Origin: Centroscyllium fabricii | Taxonomy: Eukaryota | Direction: 5' to 3' | NCBI GenBank assembly: GCA_051313645.2 | Contig: JBNRSN020000014.1 | Span: 119,908,001-119,972,000, forward strand | Length of the DNA stretch: 64,000 bases | Part shown: positions 1 to 12,700 of the stretch, piece by piece | How positions within the stretch are numbered: the stretch's first letter is position 1 | How the letters are laid out: every line of letters starts with the position of its first letter | Position numbers and translations under genes: made by a program | Notes under the pieces: generated by a model | What the model was told of the DNA's origin: nothing | What the model saw: the letters and a program-made list of their open reading frames with translations, nothing else | Database searches by the model: none

Positions 1-450
1 CCAGGTAACAGGACACAGATAGACATCTGCGGCCCACCAACTAATACACAAGCACTCAACAGCAATGAGATTTAGAGCTTCCAACGAATGAGAGTATATT
101 GGGACTAGGGTAAAGTTAACATCTCCTTGGACATATATTTGGACCCTTGGCACAAACAGATCGATTGCCGAGTGCAGAGATCAATGGGCCTACATTGAAG
201 GTTAGAATACAAATGCAACAACAACAATGCCTTGCCTTTCATGATGCTGCAAAGGAATTAGTGATGCAGCTAAGAAATGAATAGCTGCATCTCTGATATT
301 CAATACATGTGGCACCAATGGTTGGCTGCAACACAGACCATCGTGTAGGGAATGGCGGCCAACATGCTGGTGCTGCAATATCTGAAACTAGTAATCAGGA
401 GATTTCTTAGGCTTCTAATGAGGCTGTAGTCAATGTTGCGGGAAGGTATC

Positions 451-3331
451 ATAGAATCATAGAATCATAGAAATTTTACAGTGCGGATAAGGGCCATTCG
501 GCCCATCCAGTCCGCACCGGCCCAGGAAAACTCCTCCCTGTACTAACCCCAGTTGCCCGCACCTGGCCCATAACCCTGTATGCTATGGTCCTTCATGTGC
601 TGGTCCAAGTATTTTTTAAATGTTGTGATGGTTCCTGCCTCCACCACCCTCACAGGCAGGGAGTTCCAGTCTTCCACCACCCTCTGGGTAAAGAAATTTC
701 TCCTTACCTCCCCCCTAAACCTCCCCCCCCTGATCTTGAATCTATGTCCCCTGGTGCTTGACTCTCCCACCAGGGGAAACAATGCCCCTTTGTCTACCCT
801 ATCGTGTCCCCTCATGATCTTGTACACCTCAATCATGTCACCCCTCCACCTTCTTTTCTCCAAGGCAAACAACCCCAGCCTGTCCAGCCTTTCCTCGTAG
901 CATAGGTCCGCCAGACCAGGTATCATCCTGGTAAACCTTCTCTGCACCCTCTCCAGGGCAGCCACATCCTTCCTGTAGTGCGGTGACCAGAACTGCACAC
1001 AGTACTCCAGCTGAGGTCTCACCAGTGTGTTATACAGGTTTAACATTACCTCCCTACTTTTGTATACTATGCCCTGGTTAATAAAGGCGAGGATTCCGTA
1101 TGCCTTCTTAACCACCTTGTTAACGTGTCCAGCAACCTTCAGGGAGCTGTGCACCTGTACCCCCAGGTCCCTCTGCTCCTCGGTCCTATTTAACGTTTTG
1201 TTGTTCATGGTATATTCCCTTACCCCATTTGGTCTACCGAATTGAATGACCTCGCATTTCTCTGGGTTGAACTCCATTTGCCATTTTTCTGCCCAATTTA
1301 CCATTATGTCTATATCCTCCTGAAGCCCCTTACTATCCTCATCGTTGTTTACCACCCTTCCGATTTTCGTATCATCAGCGAATTTGCTGATCGTACCCCC
1401 TACTCCCATATCCAAATCGTTGATGTATACTAGAAACAGTAAGGGTCCCAAAACCGATCCTTGGGGGACGCCACTGGTTACTGGTTTCCAGTCACAGAAG
1501 CAGCCCTCTACCATTACCCTTTGTCTCCTATCCCCCAGCCAGTTTTCGATCCACTGTGCCAAGTTACCCTGTATCCCGTGCGCTCTAACCTTTGTTATTA
1601 GTCTCCTATGTGGGACTTTATCAAAAGCTTTGCTAAAGTCCATATATACTACGTCCACAGTACTCCCTTCATCCACCCTCTTTGTTACTTCCTCGAAGAA
1701 TTCCAACAGATTGGTCAGGCACGACTTACCTTTGACGAAGCCATGCTGACTGTCTCTTATTAGACCTTGGTTGTCCAAATGCGAACTGATTTTATCCCTC
1801 AGAATTTTTTCCATTACTTTCCCCACTACAGATGTAAGACTGATTGGCCTGTAGTTGCCCGGTTTGTCCCTACTACCCTTTTTAAACAGGGGTACTACAT
1901 TAGCCGTTCTCCAGTCCTCAGGCACATCCCCTGACGCGAGAGAGGTCCTGAAGATTTGAGACAGGGGGCCCGCAAGCTCCTCCCTGGCCTCGAACAGCAG
2001 CCTGGGGAACATTGCGTCCGGCCCTGGTGATTTGTCCACCTTTAAGCCTCCCAAGATTTCTAGAACTTCTTCCCTTGTAATAGTAATATCCTCAATTACC
2101 CCCCCTACATTCTGTCCGATTTCGATGTCGGTATCGTCCCTCTCTCTTGTGAATACTGAAGAGAAGAATTCATTTAGTACCTCCCCCACCTCCTCAGGCT
2201 CGACGCACAGCTTTCCGCTATCGTCTTTTATGGGCCCCACCCTTTCCCTCGTGATCCTTTTGTTTTTTATATAACTATAAAATGCCTTAGGGTTATCCTT
2301 GATTTTACCGGCCATTGTAATCTCATGACCTCTCTTGGCTTTTCTTATCTCCTTCTTTAAATCCCCCCTATATTTCTTATACTCCCCTAGTGCCTCCTCA
2401 GTTTTTAGCCGTTTATATTCGTTAAAAGCCCCCCTTTTTTTCTTCATTAATTTACATATATCCCTAGACATCCAAGGTTCCCTTTGTTTGTCTCCCCCAC
2501 CCTTAATTTTTGCAGGAACATGTTCCTCCTGTATCTTCCCGACTTCCCCTCTGAAGGCCTCCCACTGCTCTGATGCAGATCTTCCTCTGAGAAGATGGCC
2601 CCAATCTACTGCGGTTACATCGTTCCTAATTTTATTGAAATCCGCCTTCCCCCAGTTAAGTATTTTTACCCCTGGTCCATTTTTATCTTTCTCCATTACA
2701 ATCTTGAAACTAACTGAATTGTGGTCGCTATCCCCGAAGTGCTCCCCCACTGTTACCTCCTCTATCTGCCCGTCCTCGTTCCCAAGTATTAGGTCTAGTA
2801 CCGCCCCCCCCCTTGTAGGTGACCCCACATATTGTTTCAGAAAATTATCTTGGCTGCATTGTAAGAATGCTGAACCATCCGTGCCCCTCACACTTTGATT
2901 CTCCCAGTTGATATTGGGGAAATTAAAGTCCCCTAGTATTGTTACTTTATTATTTTCACTAATCTTCGTAATTTGTTCACATATCTTATCCTCTACCTCC
3001 CCTTTACTGTTTGGTGGTCTATAATATACTCCCAGTAAGGTGCCCCCCCCTTTTTTATTTTTTACCTCCACCCATAGTGCCTCGTTTGAGGATTCGTCCA
3101 TTAGGTCGACCCGCCTAATGGCTGTGATTGAATCCTTAATCAGTATCGCTACCCCTCCTCCCCTTTTACCCTCGTCCCTGTCCCGCCTGAAAATTCTATA
3201 CCCCGGAATGTTTAGCTGCCATTCTTGCCCCTCTTTCAGCCACGTCTCCGTGATAGCTACTATATCATATTCCCATGAGTCAACCAATACCTTTAACTCA
3301 TCCACTTTGTTAGTCAGACTCCTTGCGTATC
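451..3331 (-). mobile_element. Young 5'-truncated CR1-clade LINE (2881 bp), present in one repeat copy only
   Basis: Empty site at 37610-37620 (GTATC|TATAAG); GTATC flanks both ends (446-450, 3327-3331); 3' stem-loop gtgcgga..gggccgaatggccc..tccgcac and (GATTCTAT)n tail. Confidence 0.97.
543..3305 (-). CDS. CR1 ORF2: APE endonuclease + reverse transcriptase (uninterrupted, lacks only the extreme N-terminus)
   Basis: 920-aa ORF with AITETWL, GVYYRPP, GDFNFP, SDH (APE) and PGPD, NYRPISL, QHGF, DFSKAFD, GVPQGSVLGP, FADD (RT). Confidence 0.95.
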   Translation of the reverse strand: MDELKVLVDSWEYDIVAITETWLKEGQEWQLNIPGYRIFRRDRDEGKRGGGVAILIKDSITAIRRVDLMDESSNEALWVEVKNKKGGGTLLGVYYRPPNSKGEVEDKICEQITKISENNKVTILGDFNFPNINWENQSVRGTDGSAFLQCSQDNFLKQYVGSPTRGGAVLDLILGNEDGQIEEVTVGEHFGDSDHNSVSFKIVMEKDKNGPGVKILNWGKADFNKIRNDVTAVDWGHLLRGRSASEQWEAFRGEVGKIQEEHVPAKIKGGGDKQREPWMSRDICKLMKKKRGAFNEYKRLKTEEALGEYKKYRGDLKKEIRKAKRGHEITMAGKIKDNPKAFYSYIKNKRITRERVGPIKDDSGKLCVEPEEVGEVLNEFFSSVFTRERDDTDIEIGQNVGGVIEDITITREEVLEILGGLKVDKSPGPDAMFPRLLFEAREELAGPLSQIFRTSLASGDVPEDWRTANVVPLFKKGSRDKPGNYRPISLTSVVGKVMEKILRDKISSHLDNQGLIRDSQHGFVKGKSCLTNLLEFFEEVTKRVDEGSTVDVVYMDFSKAFDKVPHRRLITKVRAHGIQGNLAQWIENWLGDRRQRVMVEGCFCDWKPVTSGVPQGSVLGPLLFLVYINDLDMGVGGTISKFADDTKIGRVVNNDEDSKGLQEDIDIMVNWAEKWQMEFNPEKCEVIQFGRPNGVREYTMNNKTLNRTEEQRDLGVQVHSSLKVAGHVNKVVKKAYGILAFINQGIVYKSREVMLNLYNTLVRPQLEYCVQFWSPHYRKDVAALERVQRRFTRMIPGLADLCYEERLDRLGLFALEKRRWRGDMIEVYKIMRGHDRVDKGALFPLVGESSTRGHRFKIRGGRFRGEVRRNFFTQRVVEDWNSLPVRVVEAGTITTFKKYLDQHMKDHSIQGYGPGAGNWG

Positions 3332-3581
3332 TATAAGTTTGTCCAGCTACAGTGGTCTGCCTTCAGGGTACTTGCAGCCCTGAACATATACTGGCCTAAG
3401 AAGGGAAACTCAGGCCATGGGTAGTCCGATGACAGGAGGTCAAGACTGAATACCACTCAGATCAGGAATACCGTGCACGGCTGCTTAAACATCACTCTAA
3501 AATAAATCGTAGACACTGCATGTAAATAGAGGTGTGCATAGTTTTGCTTCTTTTAAAGTAATCTGGTTGATAATTAGATAC

Positions 3582-3749
3582 CTTGTTGTTGAACTTGTCC
3601 AGTGCCTCATTCAGTGTAGTTCTGTCAAGCTTCTGAACAAAGACAGTCAGTGCAGATTCATCTGACCTATTTAGAGCCTTTGGGCCAATGAAACACTGGA
3701 ATACACCAGTCAAGGCATCACTGCTTAAACCTGAAAGCAGTAGATCAAT
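3582..3749 (-). CDS. Exon E30 (0-0) IDLLLSGL...LDKFNNK
   Basis: ttgcag / gtatct, 168 nt. Confidence 0.85.
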
Positions 3750-6700
3750 CTGCAAAGCAATCAATTTAGAAAAACATATGTTGGGTTAAGGCATTGATGC
3801 AAAATACCACCAAGTGTGGAACACTCCACTATTGATAAATTCATTCCGTTTTATATGTGCTGAATGTGCTAGTAATAAGAACATAAGAATTAGGAGCAGG
3901 AGTAGGTCATACGGCCCCTCGAGCCTGCTCCGCCATTCAATAAGATCATGGCTGATCTTCAACCTCAATTCCACTTTCCCGCCCGATCCCCATATCCCTT
4001 GATTCTGCTCGAGTCCAAACTAAGAACCTAACAATTAACAACCATTATCCTGCAGTCTTAGAATGGAGCAGCTCTACAACTACTTTGTTTTATCGGAGTG
4101 TAAGCTGTCACAGACGTTCTTGTGTGAAACTCTGGACTGCGACATAGCTTACCTCAGCACATGCGTAGTCTGTAATGTTGAAGTTGCAGAGTTGGCTCAT
4201 GTTAACTTCAGTCAGGAAATTATTCAAAGTCGAACTGTGGGAGAGAAATAAATCTACTCTTAGGGAAGAAATTACACTGAGGAACAAACAACAGAATAAT
4301 TTATTTTGAATTCTCAACATGTCACATGATTTGAAACTAATCCAATTTGTTAACTACGTTTTCTAACAGTTTCTAAGTTATGCACACGAGAGGCTTTGGA
4401 TATCCTCAGTGTCAGGTGAAGCCACACACCAACAAGTTGACAGGGTTATTAAAACAGGGCCTCACTTGAAGCAGTGTGGAAAAGGTATTCTCCCCAAATT
4501 CTTACCTGTTCACAGCTGCACACAATGTTGTTTCTGTTTGAAAAGTAGAAAAAAATTAACATGCAGTAATTATCATACTAAAATTAACTGGTGAAATTAT
4601 TCAAAAAAAGTGTAGAAAAAGCACTCACCATTGACTGTGGTTTTACCAGGCTAAGGAAGAGAAAGCACAATAATAGGTTCAGTACTGAGCCATCTTAAAT
4701 TCATATTGATAAATGTTACATGATAAACTATGCATATATGTAAGTATTATTGCAGATTTTGAAAAAACATTAAACCACTGCCTTTTCCATAAACCAACAA
4801 GTGTAAATTTACTGAAATTCAACCAAAATATTGGTTTTCAAAACACATGTGGGCTAGAAATTGGACTGAAAACTGACACTTTTGAAAATACAAAGTGTTG
4901 AGTCTGTCTTACCGTATCAGGTTGGGGTTCTGAAAATATAACAAAATGGTTATTGTTAAAAGTTGGTCCTGATAATGTGTTACTATTCTTAACCACACCA
5001 TAACATTATACGATAGTACACTCACAGTTACTGATCTCAGAAGAGGAAATATTTCTGAAATGTCACATTCCTTTTGGCAGGTTCCCTCAATCCCATAATA
5101 TAATGGCCTCGATTTTCATTGAACCGTGGAGTCGGGATTGGAGGTGTGCGGGGGTTAAAATCCCGAAATCAGGGGTCCCGACCCCATCCCACCTCCATGC
5201 CAGTTTCAAAGGAGGCGGGAACCTGCCCCGAAATGGGATCCGCCTACCCGAGGCAGAAAGGGATCAGTGCCAATTAACTGCCTGTTAACAGGTAGTTAAC
5301 AGGCAGTTTTTACCCTAATCCCTATTATTAATATTGATGTGTGAGATTCTAGATGGCTCCAAACCACGCCAAGTTAGAGTCGTCGGGCCATCGGGTTGAA
5401 GGACTTGGCGGGGTCAAGATGTCGGTGTTCAGGTGAGTGATATGTGCATGAGTGCAAAGGTAAGTGTGTTTGGTGTGGCTAAAGTGATTAAATGGGCAGG
5501 AAATTCGGTGTCTTGCGCCTGCCGTTAGCTCCCTAAGAGGGCGCTAATGGGGCGCAAGGCACATAGCGCCTGAACTGCAGCCTCCCACGGTATTCAGTGG
5601 GGCGCTAACGTGGGTGGTAGCCGGTAGTGCCCCACTGAATATTAAACACTGTTCGCTGCCGGGGATGACGTCATAAGTGAGTGCAGCGCCACTCTGGGCC
5701 AGCGATTGAAATTGGGTAGCGCACGCTGAGTTTTCGGTGGGGGCTGCCCGCGACAGCTTCAACCTGCCGTAACTGCAGCGGGGGAGCGCTGCTTAAAGAG
5801 GAGGGTGCAGGGCGGCCATTTTTGTTGCTGGCCGACTGCCAGCACCTTCCCCCTATGCCGCCCCCAGCCTGCCCCGCTGCCCCCCCGCCCGCGGTGTGAT
5901 GCCTCCGATCAGAGCCCGGAACTTCCCTCGAGTGCCGGGCTCCTTCGGTGTCATGCCGTCCCACAGCGGCCCCGCGGGGCTCTGGCCGAAACTGCGCTAG
6001 GCCCCTCCCCTTTAATCGGGGAGGAAGGCCTGCAGTACCACGGAGCGGCACTCTGCGCTGCATGACGCAGCAACCCACAGCGCCCAGAACTTCGGCTGTA
6101 GCGCCTAAAGAACGAGGCTGGGCGCCTGTAATAGCGCCCAACCTCCGACTATGGGCGCTACAACCAAATTTCAGCGCTAACGGCGCCAGCAGTCGCAGGC
6201 GTTAAAGCAGTGCTGCACCGATGTTACCGCGAGAAAACGTGTGCAACCCAATTGATCCCCAAATAAGTTTTACATACCTTTTCTTACCTTTTCAGCTTTC
6301 CTTCCTTTAGGTCCCAGGAGTTCCTCATCTCACCGGCACAAAAAGCAGAAAGGCTGCGAACTGTCAAAAGTGACAGCCTGCAGCTTTCTGTGCAGGAGAG
6401 ACTTCTAACTGAGTCTGTGGAGACGGACTCGGGTTAGAAGCAAGGCTGCCAGTGTTTGACAGCTTCAAACAGCTGTGAAACACTGATATTTCATCTGTCA
6501 AAATGTCTTAACAGATGAAATTTCAGTCTCTGACTTCACCTGTTGCCGGGTGGCCCTGAATTGGCCTGCTGTGCGGGCTCAACAAGGTCAATCAAGTTAA
6601 ACTCGCGTGGATTGGCCGCATCTCGATGGAGGCGGGACAACAACCCCCGAAAGTTGCAATCTCACCTCCCATCCGACTTCTGAATGAAAATCACCCCCAA

Positions 6701-9700
6701 TGTGTCCACACCTGATGTTTGACATGTACTGTACTGTAAAATCGACGGGCCTGACAGTAAATCTTAGCCCCTTTAAGCATCTGTCACTGCCTTAGCTGTG
6801 CTAATCCTAAGGACTCTTGACATTACATTATAATCAATGTGTGCAATTAGTACAAAATGGCAATAAAACCAAAAGTGCAGAACTGTTATCACCAAGGAAT
6901 TATGTTGAAAGTGTCATGGAGGCTTTCACATACACGACAAAAAAACTACTGATATTTGAGCATAGTACTTTCTGGTTTCAGCAAGGAATTACCTGATGAA
7001 TTATCTGGAATTCCTCCTGTCAACCCAAGTCTCCTCACTTCAGACTCAGTATGTGAGGCCACCCAAACGAGCACTACTGTTTCATTCACTCCATCTTGAA
7101 GAGCTTGAAGGTTAAATCCAAGCAAGTCGATCAGATTCTGGGAATTCAGTTTCTGAAACAGAAAAAAAAATTGATGAATGAGTCCAACATATTAGATTTC
7201 ACACCTCATCAGGAACTTGCCCTTTATTAACTTGACAGCATGAAATCAAGGTGCAGGATGGGACTGGCAATGTTGGATTTGAACTCGTGATCAGTTTGCA
7301 GTATCTTCGATCCCTTACTAGAAGATTCATACATTACTCAGTATAAGGTACATCTTATACATTTCAAGTCTGTTGGAGTTATATTCTAACAATAAGTGAT
7401 GCTGGTCACTGCAGTAAGTGGTCCCCACTTCTTGTGTTCAGGAGCGTGTCTGGTAGTGCCCAATATATAATTACATACTTGCATAACTTGAGGGCGTAAC
7501 AATAGCATCACCTTCTGCTGTCATCTAGATATTGCATCTCTCACATGCACCCTCACGTATGCTTGTCCCATCTTTCAATATGAAGACTATAAACCGCACT
7601 GCCTTGTCATGCGTTAGCAGTTCAGCCAGAAAATAAGTTATTTGACCTAAGGGCGGCACGGTGGCACAGTGGTTAGCACTGTTGTCTCACAGCACTGGAG
7701 ACCCGGGTTCAAATCCAGCCTCGGGTACTATCTGTGTGGAGTTTGCACATTCTCCCCGTGTCTGCGTGGGTTTCCTCCGGGTGCTCCGGTTTCCTCCCAC
7801 AGTCCAAAGATGTGCGTGTTAGGTTGATTGGCCAGGATAAACTGACCCTTAGTGTTATGGCGATTGAATATGTGGGGTTACGGGGATAGGGTGGGATATG
7901 TGTCAGTGCAGGCTCGATAGGGATCGAGGGGTATGGGGATAGGGCAGGGGTGGGCTGCTGGGTTTGGATGATCAGCCATGATCTCATTGAATGGCGGATT
8001 GGGCTCAAAGGGCCGAGTGGCTTCCTCCTGCTCCTGGGTTCTATGTTTCTCACAATTTACAATATTATTTGAACCACATGCCCAGTGTCCACTGTATTCT
8101 TTTGCTGAGATGTCTATTATTTAGAATTCTAAAGAGTGCAGCATTTACTGTGGGTTTTACAGCCTTTCCATTCATTATAGTTTCAATCATATAACACCAG
8201 ACACAATTACTTCCTCTACATTTATATTACTGAAGGGCAATTCTACAATGACATGCGATCAATCAACAGCACGGTTTCAGGATCGATGGGCTGAGAATGA
8301 GATGTGAGATAAAGAAACTGGAATCACAGCCATACTAATATAAGCAGAAGATCATAATCATACTGTACATACCTTTACTTCTTCAGGATCCAAACCCTTG
8401 AAGGTTGCAAAGTCCATGTTAACCCTATTATTTGCAAGATACTTCAGATCATCAGCTGAGGCTCCACCTGAAGAAAACAGAGACATTTGTTACTTGCCCT
8501 CTACAGTATAACAAGTTATACACCTTGGCGATGACCTTTGAGGGTAAGGCGAGTGCGGAAATATGTATTCCTGCCAGAGGGGAAGGAGGCCTAATAAATA
8601 GGGAGGCGGCCTTGGACGATTTCTTGGTATATTGCCCCAATAACTTCTTGAAACGAATTTTCAAAGGGGAAGCATCTGTTGGCACTCTTCATGTTCAAGT
8701 AGCAGTTTGGGAGAATTCCTGAGCACCCCACCCTAAGGCGCACTGATCCCACGCTTGGTGGGAGCAGACTTGCGTTCCGTACTGGGCCTTCCACAGTCCC
8801 CAATTGCAGAACTGAGATAATTGATGCAAGAATGCATCTAGTTTCCCCATTGGAGTGGCAGAGAGCTGCTTGGATTTTCCGTTGAGCAATTGGGACAGGG
8901 ACCTCTATAGTCCCCCTGCAGGCATAGATAGGCTCCCCCAAATATTAAGAGAATTTGGGACTGGTTCAACTTCCTTTTCAGACAGGAGTCCTGCTTCAAC
9001 GCACTTCTAGTGGTGGCGTGTGGTTCCTGGAATTCCAGCTCTATCAACTTCAAGGAGAAACAAAAATTCCAGTGAAATCATTCTTCTGCCATTGTTGCTT
9101 TTCCAACAGCACTCATCATTATGTAATACAATGGAGTTTTAATTGCTGATTTCTGCTAATTTTATCAAATTGTAACAAAATTGGGTCAGCGATAGATTTT
9201 AAATATAGCGAATTCATCAAAAATGAACAGACATGAAATGAACGGAGTCAGCTGTTGCAGCTGGTTAAACTGCAGCAATATTTTTGCACACACTTGAGGG
9301 TCCTTAAGCCTTTGCCAATCTGAGCCTCTGAATTAGGTAAGTAGAGTGTGTGAATTCCAGAGCAGACAGGCAGAGACTCTGCCTGTGAGCACCTCAGGAG
9401 CTTAGATTGAAGACACAAATATGAAGATGGTTTCCTTGTGAGTCAGACACCTGGCTGAGCAAAAAAAATAAGCCTAATTTTACTCACCAACATACACCTT
9501 TATCAGGTGAAAGTAGGGGATCGGGTTACTTTGCTGAGAGCTCAGTGCAGAGAGCGCCTGACTGTAAAGCAAGTTTTTCTTCGACTGTGTGCACACAGAA
9601 AGATCCAGAGCTCCTGCATCTCTGTGGGAGAAAGGTTGCAATGTTAATTTTGTTTTGCATTTCTGCAACTGCACCAGGTAAGGGCCTTGTCGCTGCACTT

Positions 9701-12700
9701 TTCAGCCCAAAGAGATTTACCCAATATTTTGGCAATATGTGGTAGAGTGTCCAATAGAATGTGCGACGTATCCAAGTTTGCCGTCGATACTAAGATGGGA
9801 GGGAAAGCAGTGAGTGAGGAGGACATAAAAAACCTGCAAAGGGACATAGACAGGCTAGGTGAATGGGCAAAGATTTGATAGATGGAATATAATGTTGGAA
9901 AGTGTGAGGTTATTCACTTTGGCAAAAAAAATCAAAGAGCAAATTATTATCTAAATGGAGAGAAACTTCAAAGTGCTAAAGTACAAAGGGATCTGGGAGT
10001 CATGGTGCATGAAACACAGAATGTTAGTGTACAGGGACAGCAGGTAATCAGGAAGGCCAATAGAATCTTGGCCTTTATTGCAAGGAGGGTGGAGTTTAAA
10101 AACAGGGAAGTCCTGCTGCAGTTATACACGGTATTGGTGTGGTCACATCTGGAATACTGTGTGCAGTGTTGGTTTCCATATTTGAGAAAGGATATACTTG
10201 CTCTCGAGGCAGTTCAGAGAAGATTCACTCGGTTGATTCCGGAGATGAGGGGGTTGACTTATGAGGAAAGGTTGAGTAGTTTGGGCCTCTACTCATTGGA
10301 GTTCAGAAGAGTGAGAGGCGATCTTATCGAAACATTGTGAAGGGGCTTGATCGGGTGGATGCGGTGAGGATGTTTCCACTGATGGGTGAGACTAGAACTA
10401 GGGGGCATAATCTAAGAATAAGGGGCTGCCCCCTTTCAAAACTGAGATGAGAAGAAACTTCTTCACTCAGAGCGTGGTGGGTCTGTGGAATTTGCTGCCC
10501 CAGAGAGCTGTGGAAGCTACTACTTTGAATAAGTTTAAAACCGAGATAGACAGTTTCTTGGAAGTAAAGGGAATTAGGGGTTACGGTGAGTGGGCAAGTA
10601 AGTGGACGTGAGGCTTGGTTCAGATCGACCATGTGATCTCTTGGACAAGTTTCGATCGCCTAGATGGGTCGGAGAGAAATTTTCCAGATTTTTTCTCCCA
10701 AATTGGCCACTGGGTTTTTCTCAGGTTTTTCACCTCTCCCGGAAGATCGCTTGGGTTAGGGCGGGATGGAGAGTGAAAGTAGATTTGAGGTTAAGATCAG
10801 ATCAGCCATGATCTTGTTGAATGGCGAAGCAGGCTTGAAGGGCCGATTGGCCTACTCCTGTTCCTATTTCTTATGTTCTTATGCCAAACTCTCAATCACA
10901 TCTCCCAGCGTAATTCGAACTTTTACTGACAATGGGGCAGAAATTCCGATGACCGCGGGGCCGCAGTGCGTGAGTAGGGAGTGGGTACACACGCGTACGG
11001 CCCTGGAATTGTAGGTAGACGCCATTTCCCTGGGATACCTGCAATTCTGAAGAAGACCAGCAGGGGGTCGGGAGCTGAATCGCATTGGCCTGCGCACCAG
11101 GAGGTGCGCAGTGCACGTCCGATTTGTTTCAGAGTTTTTGATCGGGGTAAGTATTGAAGATTTTACACCTCAAAATATCAGCCGTAGCGACCCCTTTTTA
11201 GCAGGTAAGTCTTTATTTTATAAAATTTAAGTATTTTTTTAACAGGTTTTAAAAAAAAATTAACTTTAAAGACAGGTATGTACTTTTTTAGGGCAGTTAA
11301 AAACTTTTTTTTAAATGTCAAAATTTTTATTTTTTGTTTAAAATAGGTAATTAATTTTAGTTATAGTAATGTTAAAAAAGTGATGTTTAAAAATTTTTTA
11401 TTTTACTGTTTAATGTGTTTTTGAGGCTCTTCCTTTTCATAACTTACACAGATCTCTCTGTTAAAGTTATGAATGGAGGATTCCTTCCATTCATTGGCTC
11501 CCCGCGGACCACATGGTCCCACGCGAGCTCTCGAACTAACTCCGTCGCTGAGTTGCCTCAGCACGGCGCCTGTGGCCTGGAGCAGCACTACAAATCGGAA
11601 TTTCAAATCCCAGAATTGGAGAACGGCAGGAGCGCAGGGTAAGTGGACTTCGGAGGCTTGCACACGCAGGAAGCCTCCGAGGCTAATTTTTGGGCCACTA
11701 TCAATTCAGTGACTCATGTTTGAAAGGGCATGTGTATTCACTGGGAGACTTTAGCAGAGGGCAGGATTGGCTTCTGCTGTGATGCTTTCCATAGAGAAAT
11801 AGCCTGCTCACGTGGCTCACACTCAACGAATAGTTGTTTGGACTGGGTACAGGCCTGTGGCAAATGTACACCAGAAATGTTCAATGTTCAAAATTCAGAA
11901 GTGATTGAACCGGTGAGAGCATTCTGTCAGCTGTGAAGTTGTTCAACAAGGTGTCTCCTCATCACTGTTTGCTTCACAATTGCACTGCACTATGTCGCTT
12001 CATAGACTAACTTTGGTTCTGATGTAAATGGTCACAATTCACTCGTCAGGAAACTTGCAATGAAAAGATGCGACACTTACGTCAAGTTTGAAATTGCCAT
12101 CAGCTGACTTTCATCCAGAGTACACAAGTTGGCTCCACCAATAGCTTTCAATGAAACTGCGTTTAGAATACCATCTAATTGGAGGTATCTTGTAATGATG
12201 GATTTAACCTGCAGAAGGAATTTTAAAAATTGTTCATACCTCACTGTTACATAGAAGGACGTGTAATTTAAGATGCTGCTTTATTTGATGCTCGTTTTCC
12301 ACAAATTTATAACGACGCAATATTTGCATAAAATTCCAATAATTGTACTATTCTCCTTTTGGAAAATATCCATCAATATATTTTTTAATTGCACCTCATA
12401 TTATTTATCAAATTTCCACTGTACCATTGCCCATTCCCAGCAATTACACACTGTACCCAACTTCCTGCAGCTGTTTCAAAGCACTGGCCCAAGGTGGTTC
12501 TGGTTTCAAGGAAAGACAAAGGGGGCAAAATGGAATCGCGCCCATTTTTGGTGCGCTAACTTCGCTGGGGCGCTACTTTTAGCACCCCGGAAAAATTAGC
12601 ACTCCTGCAGCCAAAATTGAGTGGTAGCGCCCCAAGAGGGAAGCGGGGTGCCGCGGTATTGCAGGCCTTCCTCTCCTTCTTAAAGGAGAAGGGCCATGCA

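Noticed and set aside
580-3336. Several plus-strand ORFs of 60-187 aa
   Set aside because: Antisense shadows of CR1 ORF2; no independent coding signal.
4629-4631. ATG at the end of micro-exon E27 as a per-unit start codon
   Set aside because: Splicing to E28 gives MKQHCVQL*, out of frame with the conserved protein.
5026-5035. Possible extra micro-exon upstream of a GTGAGT donor on the minus strand
   Set aside because: Either acceptor (10 or 5 nt) gives a stop or shifts the frame into a stop in E28.
5276-5308. Perfect 14-bp-arm hairpin aactgcctgttaac-aggta-gttaacaggcagtt
   Set aside because: Internal to a MITE, with a related palindrome near 27497; a family feature, not an independent RNA gene or terminator.
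5494-6260. CpG-island-like block that could be a promoter or first exon for each unit, with ORFs of 72-156 aa
   Set aside because: Homologous to the MITEs at 12521-13174 and 26255-27302 in other introns; no signal-peptide exon found. Promoter activity is not formally excluded.
7651-7725. tRNA-like sequence with A and B boxes
   Set aside because: Head of a V-SINE, followed by the V-domain and LINE-like tail; not a tRNA gene.
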